The translations under genes and the position numbers were made by a program. The notes under the pieces are model-generated. The model saw only the letters and a program-made list of their open reading frames with translations, made no database searches and was not told where the DNA came from. Of a stretch of DNA of 64,000 bases, positions 17,856 through 26,381 are shown piece by piece. This DNA is from Candidatus Aenigmatarchaeota archaeon (GTDB taxonomy: Archaea > Aenigmatarchaeota > Aenigmatarchaeia > QMZP01): assembly GCA_030670085.1 (NCBI GenBank), contig DAOVCJ010000001.1:11977-75976 (forward strand), read 5' to 3'. Position 1 is the first letter of the stretch. Each line of letters starts with the position of its first letter.

Positions 17856-18590
17856 TTACTCAATCTCTTCAAATGCATGTTCGTGTGAAGCCTTGATATC
17901 CTTTTCAACCCTTTTCGGTTCAGTCTTCTTCCCCTTACATTTCTTTGGTTTTCTTGTCTTAACCTCGGTTTTTTCATCCTTAACTTTTGTTCTTAAATCC
18001 TCTGGAACCTCGAACATCTTTTCTATCTTATCTATCCTTTCCTCAATGTCTTTTGCTTCCTCCTCTAATTTCTCCTCCACAGGCTTTTCGATCCTTTTCG
18101 GCTCCTTTATCATTCCCTTAAGCTGCTCCTTGATATTCTCTTTCTCATCCCCAAAGTATCTTTCAAACTCCTGAGTAAGCTTCAAGATCTTTGTGTGCCC
18201 GGATTTCTCAGCCTTAATCAAGTCCCTCTTCACGAGAGATTTTAGGTAAGAATATGCCTTGTTACCCTGCATCTTGATTATCTCTGACTGTTTCACAGGC
18301 TCCTTGTAGACAACCAACGCAAGGGTTCTTTTGCAACCCTCTGATAGATCATAGTACGGGGTCAGGTGAGCGACCCTCTCGAGCAAGTCCCCTCTGACCT
18401 GCATCATCCATCCATGTGGAGTCTTGACAACCTCCAACCCACGCTTTTCATAATCCTTCTGAAGACTCTCAATAATCTCCCTGACATAACCCAGGGAATT
18501 CACCCCAGATACCCTGCCAAGGTAGTCAAGGCTAAGTGGTCTGGTTGATATGAAGAGTGCAGCCTCAATTATCTTCTTTTGCTCTTTCAT
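17856..18590 (-). CDS. scpB: Segregation and condensation protein B with a long Lys/Glu-rich C-terminal extension
   Basis: IIEAALFISTRPLSLDYL... is the winged-helix ScpB signature. The last roughly 90 aa are low-complexity K/E-rich sequence. Confidence 0.85.
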   Translation of the reverse strand: MKEQKKIIEAALFISTRPLSLDYLGRVSGVNSLGYVREIIESLQKDYEKRGLEVVKTPHGWMMQVRGDLLERVAHLTPYYDLSEGCKRTLALVVYKEPVKQSEIIKMQGNKAYSYLKSLVKRDLIKAEKSGHTKILKLTQEFERYFGDEKENIKEQLKGMIKEPKRIEKPVEEKLEEEAKDIEERIDKIEKMFEVPEDLRTKVKDEKTEVKTRKPKKCKGKKTEPKRVEKDIKASHEHAFEEIE

Positions 18591-18595
18591 TGCCT

Positions 18596-19324
18596 CTATT
18601 TATCCCTCCTTCTTATATAAATCTCATCGAATATCTTTTCCTGTCTCACGTCTATTTTCTTGGCATGGTCAAGATAAACTATGGGTACGAACGTGTCAAT
18701 AACCTCTTCCCTTTTCCATTCCTTCACAAGATTCGAGAACTTCAACTCATCTTCTTTTAGGTTTTTCATTATCTCGTTTATTTTATGATAAAGACTGTCA
18801 ATCCTTTCTGTTAATTTATCCTCTTCTATATCAATACGACCCCTTCTTTTTTCCCTTCTGATCCTCCTCCTTCTATCCGTCCTTAGAACAGTTCTCAGTG
18901 CAGTTATCAGTTCTGTGATCATTATCTTCCTTCTGGGGTGCCTCTTGGGCGGAACAGTGACTGGTGTGACCTCGAATTTCTCAATCCCGTTTATCCCATC
19001 CAAGGAGTCCTCCATCGCGATATCCTCCGTGATTTCTTCATCCTCCTTCATATATTCAGAAACAATATCCCCTATATACTGTAAATGATCGGACTTCATC
19101 CTGAGCAGAACAGCGGCTATTATCAGATACTTTGCCGGGACCTTGAAGTCAAGCTCCTTTACCTTTACCAGATAATTGACAAAGGAATCAGACAGGGTTT
19201 TCAAATCAAGGTTCCAGGGGTCAAGACCCTCCCAGGCAATAATCTTGTATATAACCTGCTCCCACGAGTATTCAGATGTTATCAGCTCCATTATCTTTTT
19301 CTCATCCATAACAAAAACCCACAA
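18596..19324 (-). CDS. scpA: Segregation and condensation protein A (kleisin)
   Basis: Contains WEQVIYKII...LDPWNLDL..L...F..YL and lies adjacent to scpB. The true start may be MDEKK at 19309. Confidence 0.8.
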   Translation of the reverse strand: MWVFVMDEKKIMELITSEYSWEQVIYKIIAWEGLDPWNLDLKTLSDSFVNYLVKVKELDFKVPAKYLIIAAVLLRMKSDHLQYIGDIVSEYMKEDEEITEDIAMEDSLDGINGIEKFEVTPVTVPPKRHPRRKIMITELITALRTVLRTDRRRRIRREKRRGRIDIEEDKLTERIDSLYHKINEIMKNLKEDELKFSNLVKEWKREEVIDTFVPIVYLDHAKKIDVRQEKIFDEIYIRRRDK

Positions 19325-19380
19325 CTAATTAATATTATTACCACTAATCTTTTTTATTGCTTGGGGAGAGAATTAATCAT

Positions 19381-19695
19381 TTAACAGTTTGGAGTTGCTC
19401 TGGCTTTACATCCCCCAACCCTATCCTTACAGGCACATTCTCCTACCAAATCAGCACAGCTACACAGTCTAACCTCACCACTGATAGTAACATCTACTTT
19501 GACATTCCATGCAGGTGGCTCACTACCAGTAGCTGCGCAAATACTTACATACTCGGTCATGCATAAGCTTTGCTTGCTTGTCCAGTCAACTATAGGTGTC
19601 ATTCCACCACCAAAAATAGTCAGCACAACCAGCGCAGCAACCAGTATCACAATCGCTGTCACAATAATAACCAGTGTAGTTGAAATACCCTTCAT
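19381..19695 (-). CDS. Small cysteine-rich prepilin-like protein (class III signal peptide), paralog 1
   Basis: MKGISTTLVIIVTAIVILVAALVVLTIFGGG has K-G|I followed by a hydrophobic helix. The C-terminal 65 aa contain 8 Cys. Confidence 0.6.
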   Translation of the reverse strand: MKGISTTLVIIVTAIVILVAALVVLTIFGGGMTPIVDWTSKQSLCMTEYVSICAATGSEPPAWNVKVDVTISGEVRLCSCADLVGECACKDRVGGCKARATPNC

Positions 19696-19711
19696 AATTA
19701 ATCTATGGTTT
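19604..19711. repeat. 108-bp block, copy 1 of 2, identical to 19947-20054
   Basis: Base-by-base comparison shows the two copies are identical. The block covers 16 nt of 5' UTR plus the first roughly 31 codons (signal peptide and hydrophobic helix) of the mini-pilin genes. Confidence 0.9.
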
Positions 19712-19744
19712 AACTCCCTTAAAAATATAATTTATTATAAATTA

Positions 19745-20038
19745 CTAACAACCTTCAAGCTTATTATTTACACACTTACAAGAAGGACTAAGTAACTCGT
19801 AACAGGACATTGGCGTTCTCTCACTACCCACTGTTTTTGTTTGAGCATACCAAGTTGTTGGTAAATTTCCAGTTGAAGTGCATGCTATTGCACCCTCACT
19901 TACACACATACTCTTTGCTCGTGTCAAATCCACAATCGGTGTTATCCCACCACCAAAAATAGTCAGCACAACCAGCGCAGCAACCAGTATCACAATCGCT
20001 GTCACAATAATAACCAGTGTAGTTGAAATACCCTTCAT
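19745..20038 (-). CDS. Small cysteine-rich prepilin-like protein (class III signal peptide), paralog 2
   Basis: It has the same MKGISTT... N-terminus, and the start is set at 20038 by identity with paralog 1, including the 5' UTR. The C-terminus has 6 Cys in a related spacing. Confidence 0.6.
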   Translation of the reverse strand: MKGISTTLVIIVTAIVILVAALVVLTIFGGGITPIVDLTRAKSMCVSEGAIACTSTGNLPTTWYAQTKTVGSERTPMSCYELLSPSCKCVNNKLEGC

Positions 20039-20054
20039 AATTAATCTATGGTTT
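19947..20054. repeat. 108-bp block, copy 2 of 2, identical to 19604-19711
   Basis: See copy 1. Similarity decays sharply on both sides of the block. Confidence 0.9.
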
Positions 20055-20138
20055 TCCACCTTTAAAAAAATGCGCTTTTCTTTCGGGATGCTTGGGAAAG
20101 GTTAATAATCCCGAAATCCAATTAATTAAACGATTGGA

Positions 20139-20480
20139 ATGGTGAATATTGACGCGGTCAAGTTTGGGGAACTCGAGATTGACGGAAAGATATATTACTC
20201 TGATATGACTGTCTGGTGGGACGGGAAGATAGAGTTCAGGAAAAAATCACATGTTTTTGATATGCCTGAATTCAAGAAGGTGTTGAAAAGGAAACCAGAT
20301 TCGATAGTGATAGGCACGGGTCTTGCGGGGATCGTAAAGGTCCCGGATGATGTGAGAGAAATAGCCAAGATCAAAAAAATAAAGATTTTCGTTGACACAT
20401 CATCCAAAGCGATAGACATATTCAATGGCCTGGCGAAAATCGGGAAGAAGGCAGTCGCTATAATCCACACAACATGCTGA
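20139..20480 (+). CDS. MTH938-domain (DUF498/NDUFAF3-like) protein
   Basis: FGELEIDGKIYYSDMTVWWDGKI...DSIVIGTGLAGIVKVPDDV...IKIFVDTSSKAIDIFN matches the MTH938 family pattern. Confidence 0.55.
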   Translation: MVNIDAVKFGELEIDGKIYYSDMTVWWDGKIEFRKKSHVFDMPEFKKVLKRKPDSIVIGTGLAGIVKVPDDVREIAKIKKIKIFVDTSSKAIDIFNGLAKIGKKAVAIIHTTC

Positions 20481-20517
20481 ATTCATTAATTTTAAATCCT
20501 GAAAACAAAACCTTTAT

Positions 20518-21033
20518 ATGGTAATTCTGGTTTTAAGGCTGGGACACAGAATAGGCAGGGACAAGAGGATATCAACACACTGTGGTCTTGTCTCCCGTGC
20601 ATTCGGCGCAAAAGGAATGTTCTATTCAGGCGAAAAAGACAAAGTGTTGGAGAAATCAATAAAGAGCGTTGTAAGGGAATGGGGTGGTCCTTTCGAGATA
20701 AAGCATGTAAAGAACTGGAGAAAGTTTATCCAGGGGTTCAAGGGAAGGAAAACCCACCTCACCATGTACGGTTTGCCTGTACAGAAAAAAATGCCTGAGA
20801 TAAGAAAAACCAAGGAACTTCTGATAATCATAGGAGGTGAGAAGGTACCGGGGGACGTCTACCAACTCGCAGATTTCAACATATCCGTCACACCCCAACC
20901 ACACTCCGAAGTCGCAGCCCTTGCCCTATTTCTTCATGAATATATGAAGGGAAAGGAACTTAGCAAAAAATTCCAGAAAGCAAGAAGAAGGATCGTTCCA
21001 CAGGAGAGGGGAAAGAAGGTTATCCAAATTTAA
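20518..21033 (+). CDS. trm56: tRNA (cytidine56-2'-O)-methyltransferase
   Basis: VLRLGHRIGRDKRISTHCGLVSRAFGA...WGGPF...HLTMYG...IIGGEKVP...ADFNISVTPQPHSEVAALA is closely colinear with archaeal aTrm56 (SPOUT). Confidence 0.85.
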   Translation: MVILVLRLGHRIGRDKRISTHCGLVSRAFGAKGMFYSGEKDKVLEKSIKSVVREWGGPFEIKHVKNWRKFIQGFKGRKTHLTMYGLPVQKKMPEIRKTKELLIIIGGEKVPGDVYQLADFNISVTPQPHSEVAALALFLHEYMKGKELSKKFQKARRRIVPQERGKKVIQI

Positions 21034-21062
21034 ATCCTATTTTCATAACATAAAAGATTACG

Positions 21063-21305
21063 ATGAATGGAATATGTAAATTTCTTGACTATACACTTGT
21101 TGAGGATCCAGAGTTAATGGATATTTTCGGAGTAGGGGATGGACAATTTCTAATAACAGATTACAAATGTCAGCACAAAAAAAGGAAAATGGGAATATGC
21201 CCCCAAGTAGTTGAAAATGTAGAAAAAAGCGGTTTTGGAATAGTAAATCCCGAAGAAATGGAGAATTGTTCGTATCACCCAAAGAACAAATCACTTTCCG
21301 AGTAA
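21063..21305 (+). CDS. Hypothetical small protein (4 Cys)
   Basis: 80-aa ORF with a non-repetitive composition. No family was recognised and there is no clear SD, so coding status is uncertain. Confidence 0.25.
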   Translation: MNGICKFLDYTLVEDPELMDIFGVGDGQFLITDYKCQHKKRKMGICPQVVENVEKSGFGIVNPEEMENCSYHPKNKSLSE

Positions 21306-21313
21306 AAAAGCTG

Positions 21314-21342
21314 CTCTGGGCCTGCTCATTTCTGTAGGCGTA
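21314..21342 (-). pseudogene. Relic copy of the 3' end of taw1
   Basis: CTCTGGGCCTGCTCATTTCTGTAGGCGTA matches 22569-22597 (CTCTGGACCTGCTCATCTTTGTAGGCGTA) at 26 of 29 positions. On the minus strand it reads YAYRNEQAQS, compared with YAYKDEQVQS at the Taw1 C-terminus. Confidence 0.45.
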
Positions 21343-21388
21343 ATTATTTTCCAAGCAATTTAAAATCACAGACAAAGAATAATAAAAC

Positions 21389-22522
21389 ATGCTTGAAAGA
21401 AAGCTTGCGAAGATCTGCTCAATGAATTATCTATCAAAGCTATTTACCGGATTCCTTATGTATTTTATTCCTATATACCTGATAGACCTGGGATTTGACG
21501 GGCTTCAGATGGGAGTTCTGGTTTCTCTGCTAGCAATAACATCCCTTTTTATATCGCTTCCAGTAGGGATTATAAATGACAGATTGGATATACGTTACAC
21601 CATCCTCTTAGGCTATATATCCTCCTTCATCTTCTTTGTATCCATCGGGATTTTCAAGGAGTTCTGGGTTTTTGTTCCGCTCTTCTTTGTGGGAGGGATA
21701 GGATTCAATATTTTAGCGACATCCTACAGAAACTATGTTTTCAAGGACCGTGAGCCATGGCATGAGGGAAGGAAATATGGAATTTTCACGTTCGCGGAGT
21801 TTTTGGCATTTTTCTCAGGAGCGATTCTAGGGATGTTTTTTGTTTCTCTATTTGGCTTTTCAACAACCCTGATAATAATCGGAATCTACTTTTTGATTCT
21901 GATCCCCTTTCTCTTCTGGCTCGAACCGGTCAGTGTCAAACGAACAAAACTTATTCAATATGAGAAGGATTTTCTACATCCAAACAATATCCTACTTTCG
22001 ATTATACTATTCCTTTTTGCAAGCCACTGGGGAGCAGAGATGACGTCATATGGTCTGTTTCTGAAAAATGTCTTGAATCTCAGCGCAATTTCTATGGGCT
22101 TTTATACTGCTTTCGCGGTTCTGTTCCTAGGGATTGCTGCTCTAATCTTTGGCAATAAAATAGATCACAGAACCGATTTCAAAAAATTGTTCCTAATAGG
22201 TTTGATAATTTCTGGTTTTGCCCACATACTTATGACCATACCACACGTTTACATCTCCTTTGTTTTCAGGGCAATTCATGAGGTTGGTGATGGGATTGCA
22301 GGTGTATCCCTGCTTTTCTGGATAGGCAGAAAATTCAAGGAATCCAGACTTGGAGGGGATTCTGGAATATTCTACATTATCATGACTCTAGGGATGTTCG
22401 CCGGTTCCATAATCTATGGCCCTATTGGATTTGCATATGGATACTCCCTACCCTTGATTATATCAGGTGTAGTTACTGTAATCTGTGCTGGTCTTTTCCA
22501 GATTCTCAGAAGAAGGCTTTAA
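21389..22522 (+). CDS. Major facilitator superfamily transporter
   Basis: About 11-12 TM helices are present, with MFS-like loop motifs (GIINDRLDIRY after TM2). Confidence 0.75.
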   Translation: MLERKLAKICSMNYLSKLFTGFLMYFIPIYLIDLGFDGLQMGVLVSLLAITSLFISLPVGIINDRLDIRYTILLGYISSFIFFVSIGIFKEFWVFVPLFFVGGIGFNILATSYRNYVFKDREPWHEGRKYGIFTFAEFLAFFSGAILGMFFVSLFGFSTTLIIIGIYFLILIPFLFWLEPVSVKRTKLIQYEKDFLHPNNILLSIILFLFASHWGAEMTSYGLFLKNVLNLSAISMGFYTAFAVLFLGIAALIFGNKIDHRTDFKKLFLIGLIISGFAHILMTIPHVYISFVFRAIHEVGDGIAGVSLLFWIGRKFKESRLGGDSGIFYIIMTLGMFAGSIIYGPIGFAYGYSLPLIISGVVTVICAGLFQILRRRL

Positions 22523-22543
22523 TAATTAATAAATTGCATAAAT

Positions 22544-23443
22544 CTACTTTGAAAGCAAAACAACCCTACTCTGGACCTGCTCATCTTTGTAGGCGTATCC
22601 ACTTTCCTTCGATAGTTTCTCTGCGAATTCTCTGATCTCTTTATGGAGGGGCATGCAATCCCTGGCAAGTCTTTTCTGGGACTCCCCCACATGCATGTAC
22701 CCCTTGACCTCTATGAAATCCGGGTTCGCTCTCTTTATAAGCTCTGCGTATTTCTCAGGGGATTTCATGTTCCAGTTCTTGACCATGGTAAGTCTTATCA
22801 CCCTTTTTGAAGAGAATGAGTTCATGAGCTCCAGGCTCTCCACCAACCTCTTCCAGTAGTCAGGGAGGCTTGGTCTGTCCAGTTTCCTATATGTAACCCT
22901 GTCAGAAGCATCCAAGGATATGTAGAGATTCGTGGGTTCCTCTATCCCTTTCAGTCTCTCTGGGTGCTGTCCGTTGGTAACAAGGAAGGTTGTGAATTTC
23001 ATCCTGTGGAATTCTCTGATAAGCTCTGAGATTTTGGGGTACATCGTGGGTTCCCCTATAAGGGATATCGCCACTTGGTTCGGGTTCTGTGCTTCTTTCC
23101 ATTTCTTCTTGTTTGCCCTGTCAAGGCCCTTGAAACCTGTCAGAAGCAGTCTCTGCGCTTTTATGCAACACTGGATTATATCCTTTGGTTCATCTATTCT
23201 TTCGATTTTTATCGGGGTCTTCTCTATTATCCTCCAGCAGTAGAGGCATCTGTTAGAGCATAGTATCCACGGGGTCATCTGTAAACATCTATGGGACTGT
23301 ATTCCGTAAAACCTCTGCTTGTAACAGAATCCTTCATCCCTCATGGATCTTTTAAGCCAGAAGCATAGTTTCACAGCTGAATGGTTTCCAATGACCTTGT
23401 AGTGCTGATGCTCCATCGCTTTTCTTATCTCTGCAGGAATCAT
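22544..23443 (-). CDS. taw1: tRNA 4-demethylwyosine synthase (radical SAM, Taw1/TYW1)
   Basis: HYKVIGNHSAVKLCFWLKRS, QMTPWILCSNRCLYCWR (a CxxxCxxC-type cluster) and ISLIGEPTMYP are typical of Taw1. Confidence 0.9.
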   Translation of the reverse strand: MIPAEIRKAMEHQHYKVIGNHSAVKLCFWLKRSMRDEGFCYKQRFYGIQSHRCLQMTPWILCSNRCLYCWRIIEKTPIKIERIDEPKDIIQCCIKAQRLLLTGFKGLDRANKKKWKEAQNPNQVAISLIGEPTMYPKISELIREFHRMKFTTFLVTNGQHPERLKGIEEPTNLYISLDASDRVTYRKLDRPSLPDYWKRLVESLELMNSFSSKRVIRLTMVKNWNMKSPEKYAELIKRANPDFIEVKGYMHVGESQKRLARDCMPLHKEIREFAEKLSKESGYAYKDEQVQSRVVLLSK

Positions 23444-23462
23444 ATCTATTGATTAAGAGAAG

Positions 23463-24485
23463 TTATTTAAAAATCTCTCCGGTCTCCTCTGACCAGAGGA
23501 GCAGGTCGAGCTCTGCCAGGGGAATATCCATCCTCTTCGAGAACCTTCTCATCTTCTTCTCAATCTCGAGGTATTTTTTGGGCGTGAGGGTTTTCGGGAT
23601 ATCCTTTATGATTCCATACCTCAAAAGATTCTTGAGTATGTGCCTGTCAAGTATTGCAAGTTTCTCACCAAGTCCTATGTTTCTCAGGAAATGTGAGGCC
23701 TCTTTGTACCCCACCCCTTTGATATTCTTAACCAGCCAGTCCCTCACCCTTATCGGGTCAGCAAACCCTATCTTCCCCTTTAGGACAACATCACCCCTTC
23801 TTGTAAGGAAATTCCTGGCATTGACTATGTACCTTGCCTTGTTCCTGGGAAACCTCACACCGATAAGGTATCTTCTAATATCTTCTTCATCACCCCTGAA
23901 TAATATACCTATCCTCTTCATCCTTTCTATCGCATTGCTGCATACCCTTGCTCTGGATTGCGGTGTGCAGATACAGAAACACAGTTCTGCAAATATCCTC
24001 TCGTCAGGTTCCTTCCACATCTCCCTGAACTCGAGCAACCTCTTCTTTATGGCAATCTTTTTGCTGGCATAGGATTTCAGCAAATCTTCCAGTCTGGGCT
24101 TGAATATTCTTGAGAACCTTCTCAGCTTGAGTGGATTCTTTTTGAAGTACTGTAGATGGCTTGAACAGCCACAATCAGTGGAACCGAATCTCCTGATCTC
24201 ACCATCGCTTATCTTCCTTATCTGGTCAGCCAGCCAGCACTCCTCCCTGCTTGTCATTTCCAACGCTTTAAAACCGATTAACTTCGCATGATTCAGGAAG
24301 TAGTCTATGTGCCAGAACCTCTTTTTCTTTTTTGAGTAATGTCTTTCCACTCTCTTTTCCAGGTTTGTCATCGCAGAACCAATATAACAGTAGTAACCTC
24401 TCTTGAAGGGTATATAACCCAGCCTGGCAATTTTTATTCTCTCGCTTTTGTTTAGGTAGGTTACCAGGCAGTATATACCTTTCAT
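23463..24485 (-). CDS. Fusion protein: N-terminal DUF123 (GIY-YIG-like) domain plus C-terminal Ogg2-type 8-oxoguanine DNA glycosylase/AP lyase
   Basis: The N-terminus GIYCLV...IKIARLGYIPFKRGYYCYIGSAMTNLEKRVERHYSKKKKRFWHIDYF is the DUF123 signature. The C-terminus ELCFCICTPQSRA...KEASHFLRNIGLGEKLAILDRHILKNL is the archaeal Ogg (HhH-GPD) signature. Confidence 0.7.
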   Translation of the reverse strand: MKGIYCLVTYLNKSERIKIARLGYIPFKRGYYCYIGSAMTNLEKRVERHYSKKKKRFWHIDYFLNHAKLIGFKALEMTSREECWLADQIRKISDGEIRRFGSTDCGCSSHLQYFKKNPLKLRRFSRIFKPRLEDLLKSYASKKIAIKKRLLEFREMWKEPDERIFAELCFCICTPQSRARVCSNAIERMKRIGILFRGDEEDIRRYLIGVRFPRNKARYIVNARNFLTRRGDVVLKGKIGFADPIRVRDWLVKNIKGVGYKEASHFLRNIGLGEKLAILDRHILKNLLRYGIIKDIPKTLTPKKYLEIEKKMRRFSKRMDIPLAELDLLLWSEETGEIFK

Positions 24486-24509
24486 ATAAAAGATTTGAAT
24501 ACCAGATTT

Positions 24510-25139
24510 TTATTTTAAGTTTTTGTCTTCGTACTCACAAAGCCTTTCGATTGGACAGTTGTAACACAAAGGCTTGACTGGTTTGCAGATTCTCTGTCCG
24601 AACTTGACAAAGAGTTCATTGATTTTTATCCAATCCTTCTTGGGAACGATTCTCATCAGCTCAATTTCCGTTTGCTCAGGGTTTTTTGTTTTCACCAGTC
24701 CTATCCTATTTGGTATTCTGTGGCAATGTGTATCGACCGGGATACTCGGTTCCCTATGGGCATAAACCAGAACGCAATTGGCTGTTTTCCTTCCAACTCC
24801 CGGCAGTTTTAACAACCCATCCATATCCCTGGGAACCCTACCGTTATTCCTGGCCACAATTCTGCTTATCTCTCTTATTCTTTTCGCCTTTACTCTGTAG
24901 AAACCACTCGGTTTAATCAATGTCTCTATACCCTTGAGATTCGCTTTAGCCAGTTGTTTCGCGTTCCTGAATTTCGAGAAAAGCCTCCTGCTCGCAAGGT
25001 CTGTGTTTTCATCCCTTGTCCTCTGGGAGAGCAGGGTTTTTATCAGGACCTTGAATGGGTCCTGGTGTTTCAGAAACCAGTCTATCTCTATCTCCTTCTC
25101 CAGAATGGAAACTATCTTCAATGCCTTGTTCATACTCAT
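24510..25139 (-). CDS. nth: Endonuclease III (HhH-GPD with 4Fe-4S cluster loop)
   Basis: Contains LLSQRTRDENT, LPGVGRKTANCVL, VDTHCHRI and the C-terminal motif CKPVKPLCYNCPIERLC. Confidence 0.9.
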   Translation of the reverse strand: MSMNKALKIVSILEKEIEIDWFLKHQDPFKVLIKTLLSQRTRDENTDLASRRLFSKFRNAKQLAKANLKGIETLIKPSGFYRVKAKRIREISRIVARNNGRVPRDMDGLLKLPGVGRKTANCVLVYAHREPSIPVDTHCHRIPNRIGLVKTKNPEQTEIELMRIVPKKDWIKINELFVKFGQRICKPVKPLCYNCPIERLCEYEDKNLK

Positions 25140-25148
25140 TCAAGAAGC

Positions 25149-25898
25149 CTAGGACTCGACCCTGGGAGCGAGAACGAAGCTCAATTCCATCTTGTCCACG
25201 GATTTGAATCCCATCCTCACCGGGTAATCCGTTCCGAATTCCAGAATCATCTGTTGGGATATCTTCCCGGCCTTTATCATTTTTTTAAGGTATTCCAGCG
25301 GATACTGTGATTTTATGCTTCCCTCTGCCTTCAATTCCAGAACCCCCTTGTCCTTTTTGCTTATCTCCAGTTGTGCGGAAGAGATATCGCCCCTTGCATA
25401 CATCCTGAATACGTCCCCGTTTGCTTCGAAGAAGACGGAGTCTCCTATTATCTCTGCATCAGATATTCCTTCCTCAACTATATTCGATTCCAATTCAAGC
25501 CTTCCTGTGAAATTCAGCTTGTCTATCGGTGGCTTCTCTGTTTTTATGTCCAGCAGGGGAATCTCAAAGGTCCTTATACCATTACCCTTTATGGTCAGTC
25601 TGAGCCTGTTGTCCTTTTCAGGTAGCTCCAAGATAAGCTTGTCACCACTCTTTATCCTCTTCAGAACAGCTGCAAAGTTTGCAAGGTTCAGACCCATGTA
25701 CTCTTCCTTGGTGGCGTTGTATTCATCAAACGCTGTGGAGAGAATCTTGAGATCAACAACAGCAACCATTGCCCTGTCTGGTGACAGCAGGGATATGCCG
25801 TTCTGATTAACCTTGAAAACACCCTCATCGATTATCTCTGCTATTATGGGTATTGTGCCCTTGAGCAGATCCACATCAGATAAAACCGCTTTGAACAT
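25149..25898 (-). CDS. pcn: DNA polymerase sliding clamp PCNA
   Basis: MFKAVLSDVDLLKGTIPIIAEIIDEGVFKVNQNGISLLSPDRAMVAVVDL... is the typical archaeal PCNA N-terminus. The track start at 25916 adds 6 aa. Confidence 0.9.
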   Translation of the reverse strand: MFKAVLSDVDLLKGTIPIIAEIIDEGVFKVNQNGISLLSPDRAMVAVVDLKILSTAFDEYNATKEEYMGLNLANFAAVLKRIKSGDKLILELPEKDNRLRLTIKGNGIRTFEIPLLDIKTEKPPIDKLNFTGRLELESNIVEEGISDAEIIGDSVFFEANGDVFRMYARGDISSAQLEISKKDKGVLELKAEGSIKSQYPLEYLKKMIKAGKISQQMILEFGTDYPVRMGFKSVDKMELSFVLAPRVES

Positions 25899-25962
25899 AT
25901 CATGCACCTCCCGCATTTATCCAATCTATCCAGCACGGGTTTTTATTCCGCACCTAAATTTT

Positions 25963-26301
25963 TTAATCCTTATCTAACTTTAAGGAATTAACCTTTTTAT
26001 ATAAATCTTTATCGAGCCTTTCCATATCCTGAACAATCTCACCCCCTATCTCCAGTCCGTTCCCTGCCTGGATCACCCTTCCGAAAACCCTCACAAACTG
26101 GTTGGGTTTCACTTCAGGCGGTGATTCGAAATTCACATTAACCTTTCCGGAACCGTCATCCAGAACTATTCTGGTTTCCTGCTTGTCAATAACCGTTCCT
26201 ATCAGACTCACCCTCATGTCCCCGGAATGCAGTTCAGAAACCCTCCTCTCCAGAGAGGGCATCCTCCTTCTCACCTTATCATTTTCCAGGATATCAGGCA
26301 T
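25963..26301 (-). CDS. OB-fold nucleic-acid-binding protein
   Basis: The pattern RVSLIGTVIDKQETRIVLDDGSGKVNVNF...FVRVFGRV is characteristic of tRNA-anticodon/RPA-type OB folds. The subfamily could not be resolved. Confidence 0.5.
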   Translation of the reverse strand: MPDILENDKVRRRMPSLERRVSELHSGDMRVSLIGTVIDKQETRIVLDDGSGKVNVNFESPPEVKPNQFVRVFGRVIQAGNGLEIGGEIVQDMERLDKDLYKKVNSLKLDKD

Positions 26302-26381
26302 AGTAACCTATTGAAAATCATATATTTAAAACTTACAAAAAGACATAAAGGATGATAACAAATTATTAATGGTGATTCTCA

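Noticed and set aside
21058-21390. A 110-aa minus-strand ORF between trm56 and the MFS gene
   Set aside because: Only about 10-20 codons resemble anything, namely the Taw1 C-terminus. The rest is Phe/Leu-rich read-through. I interpret it as a relic fragment rather than a gene.
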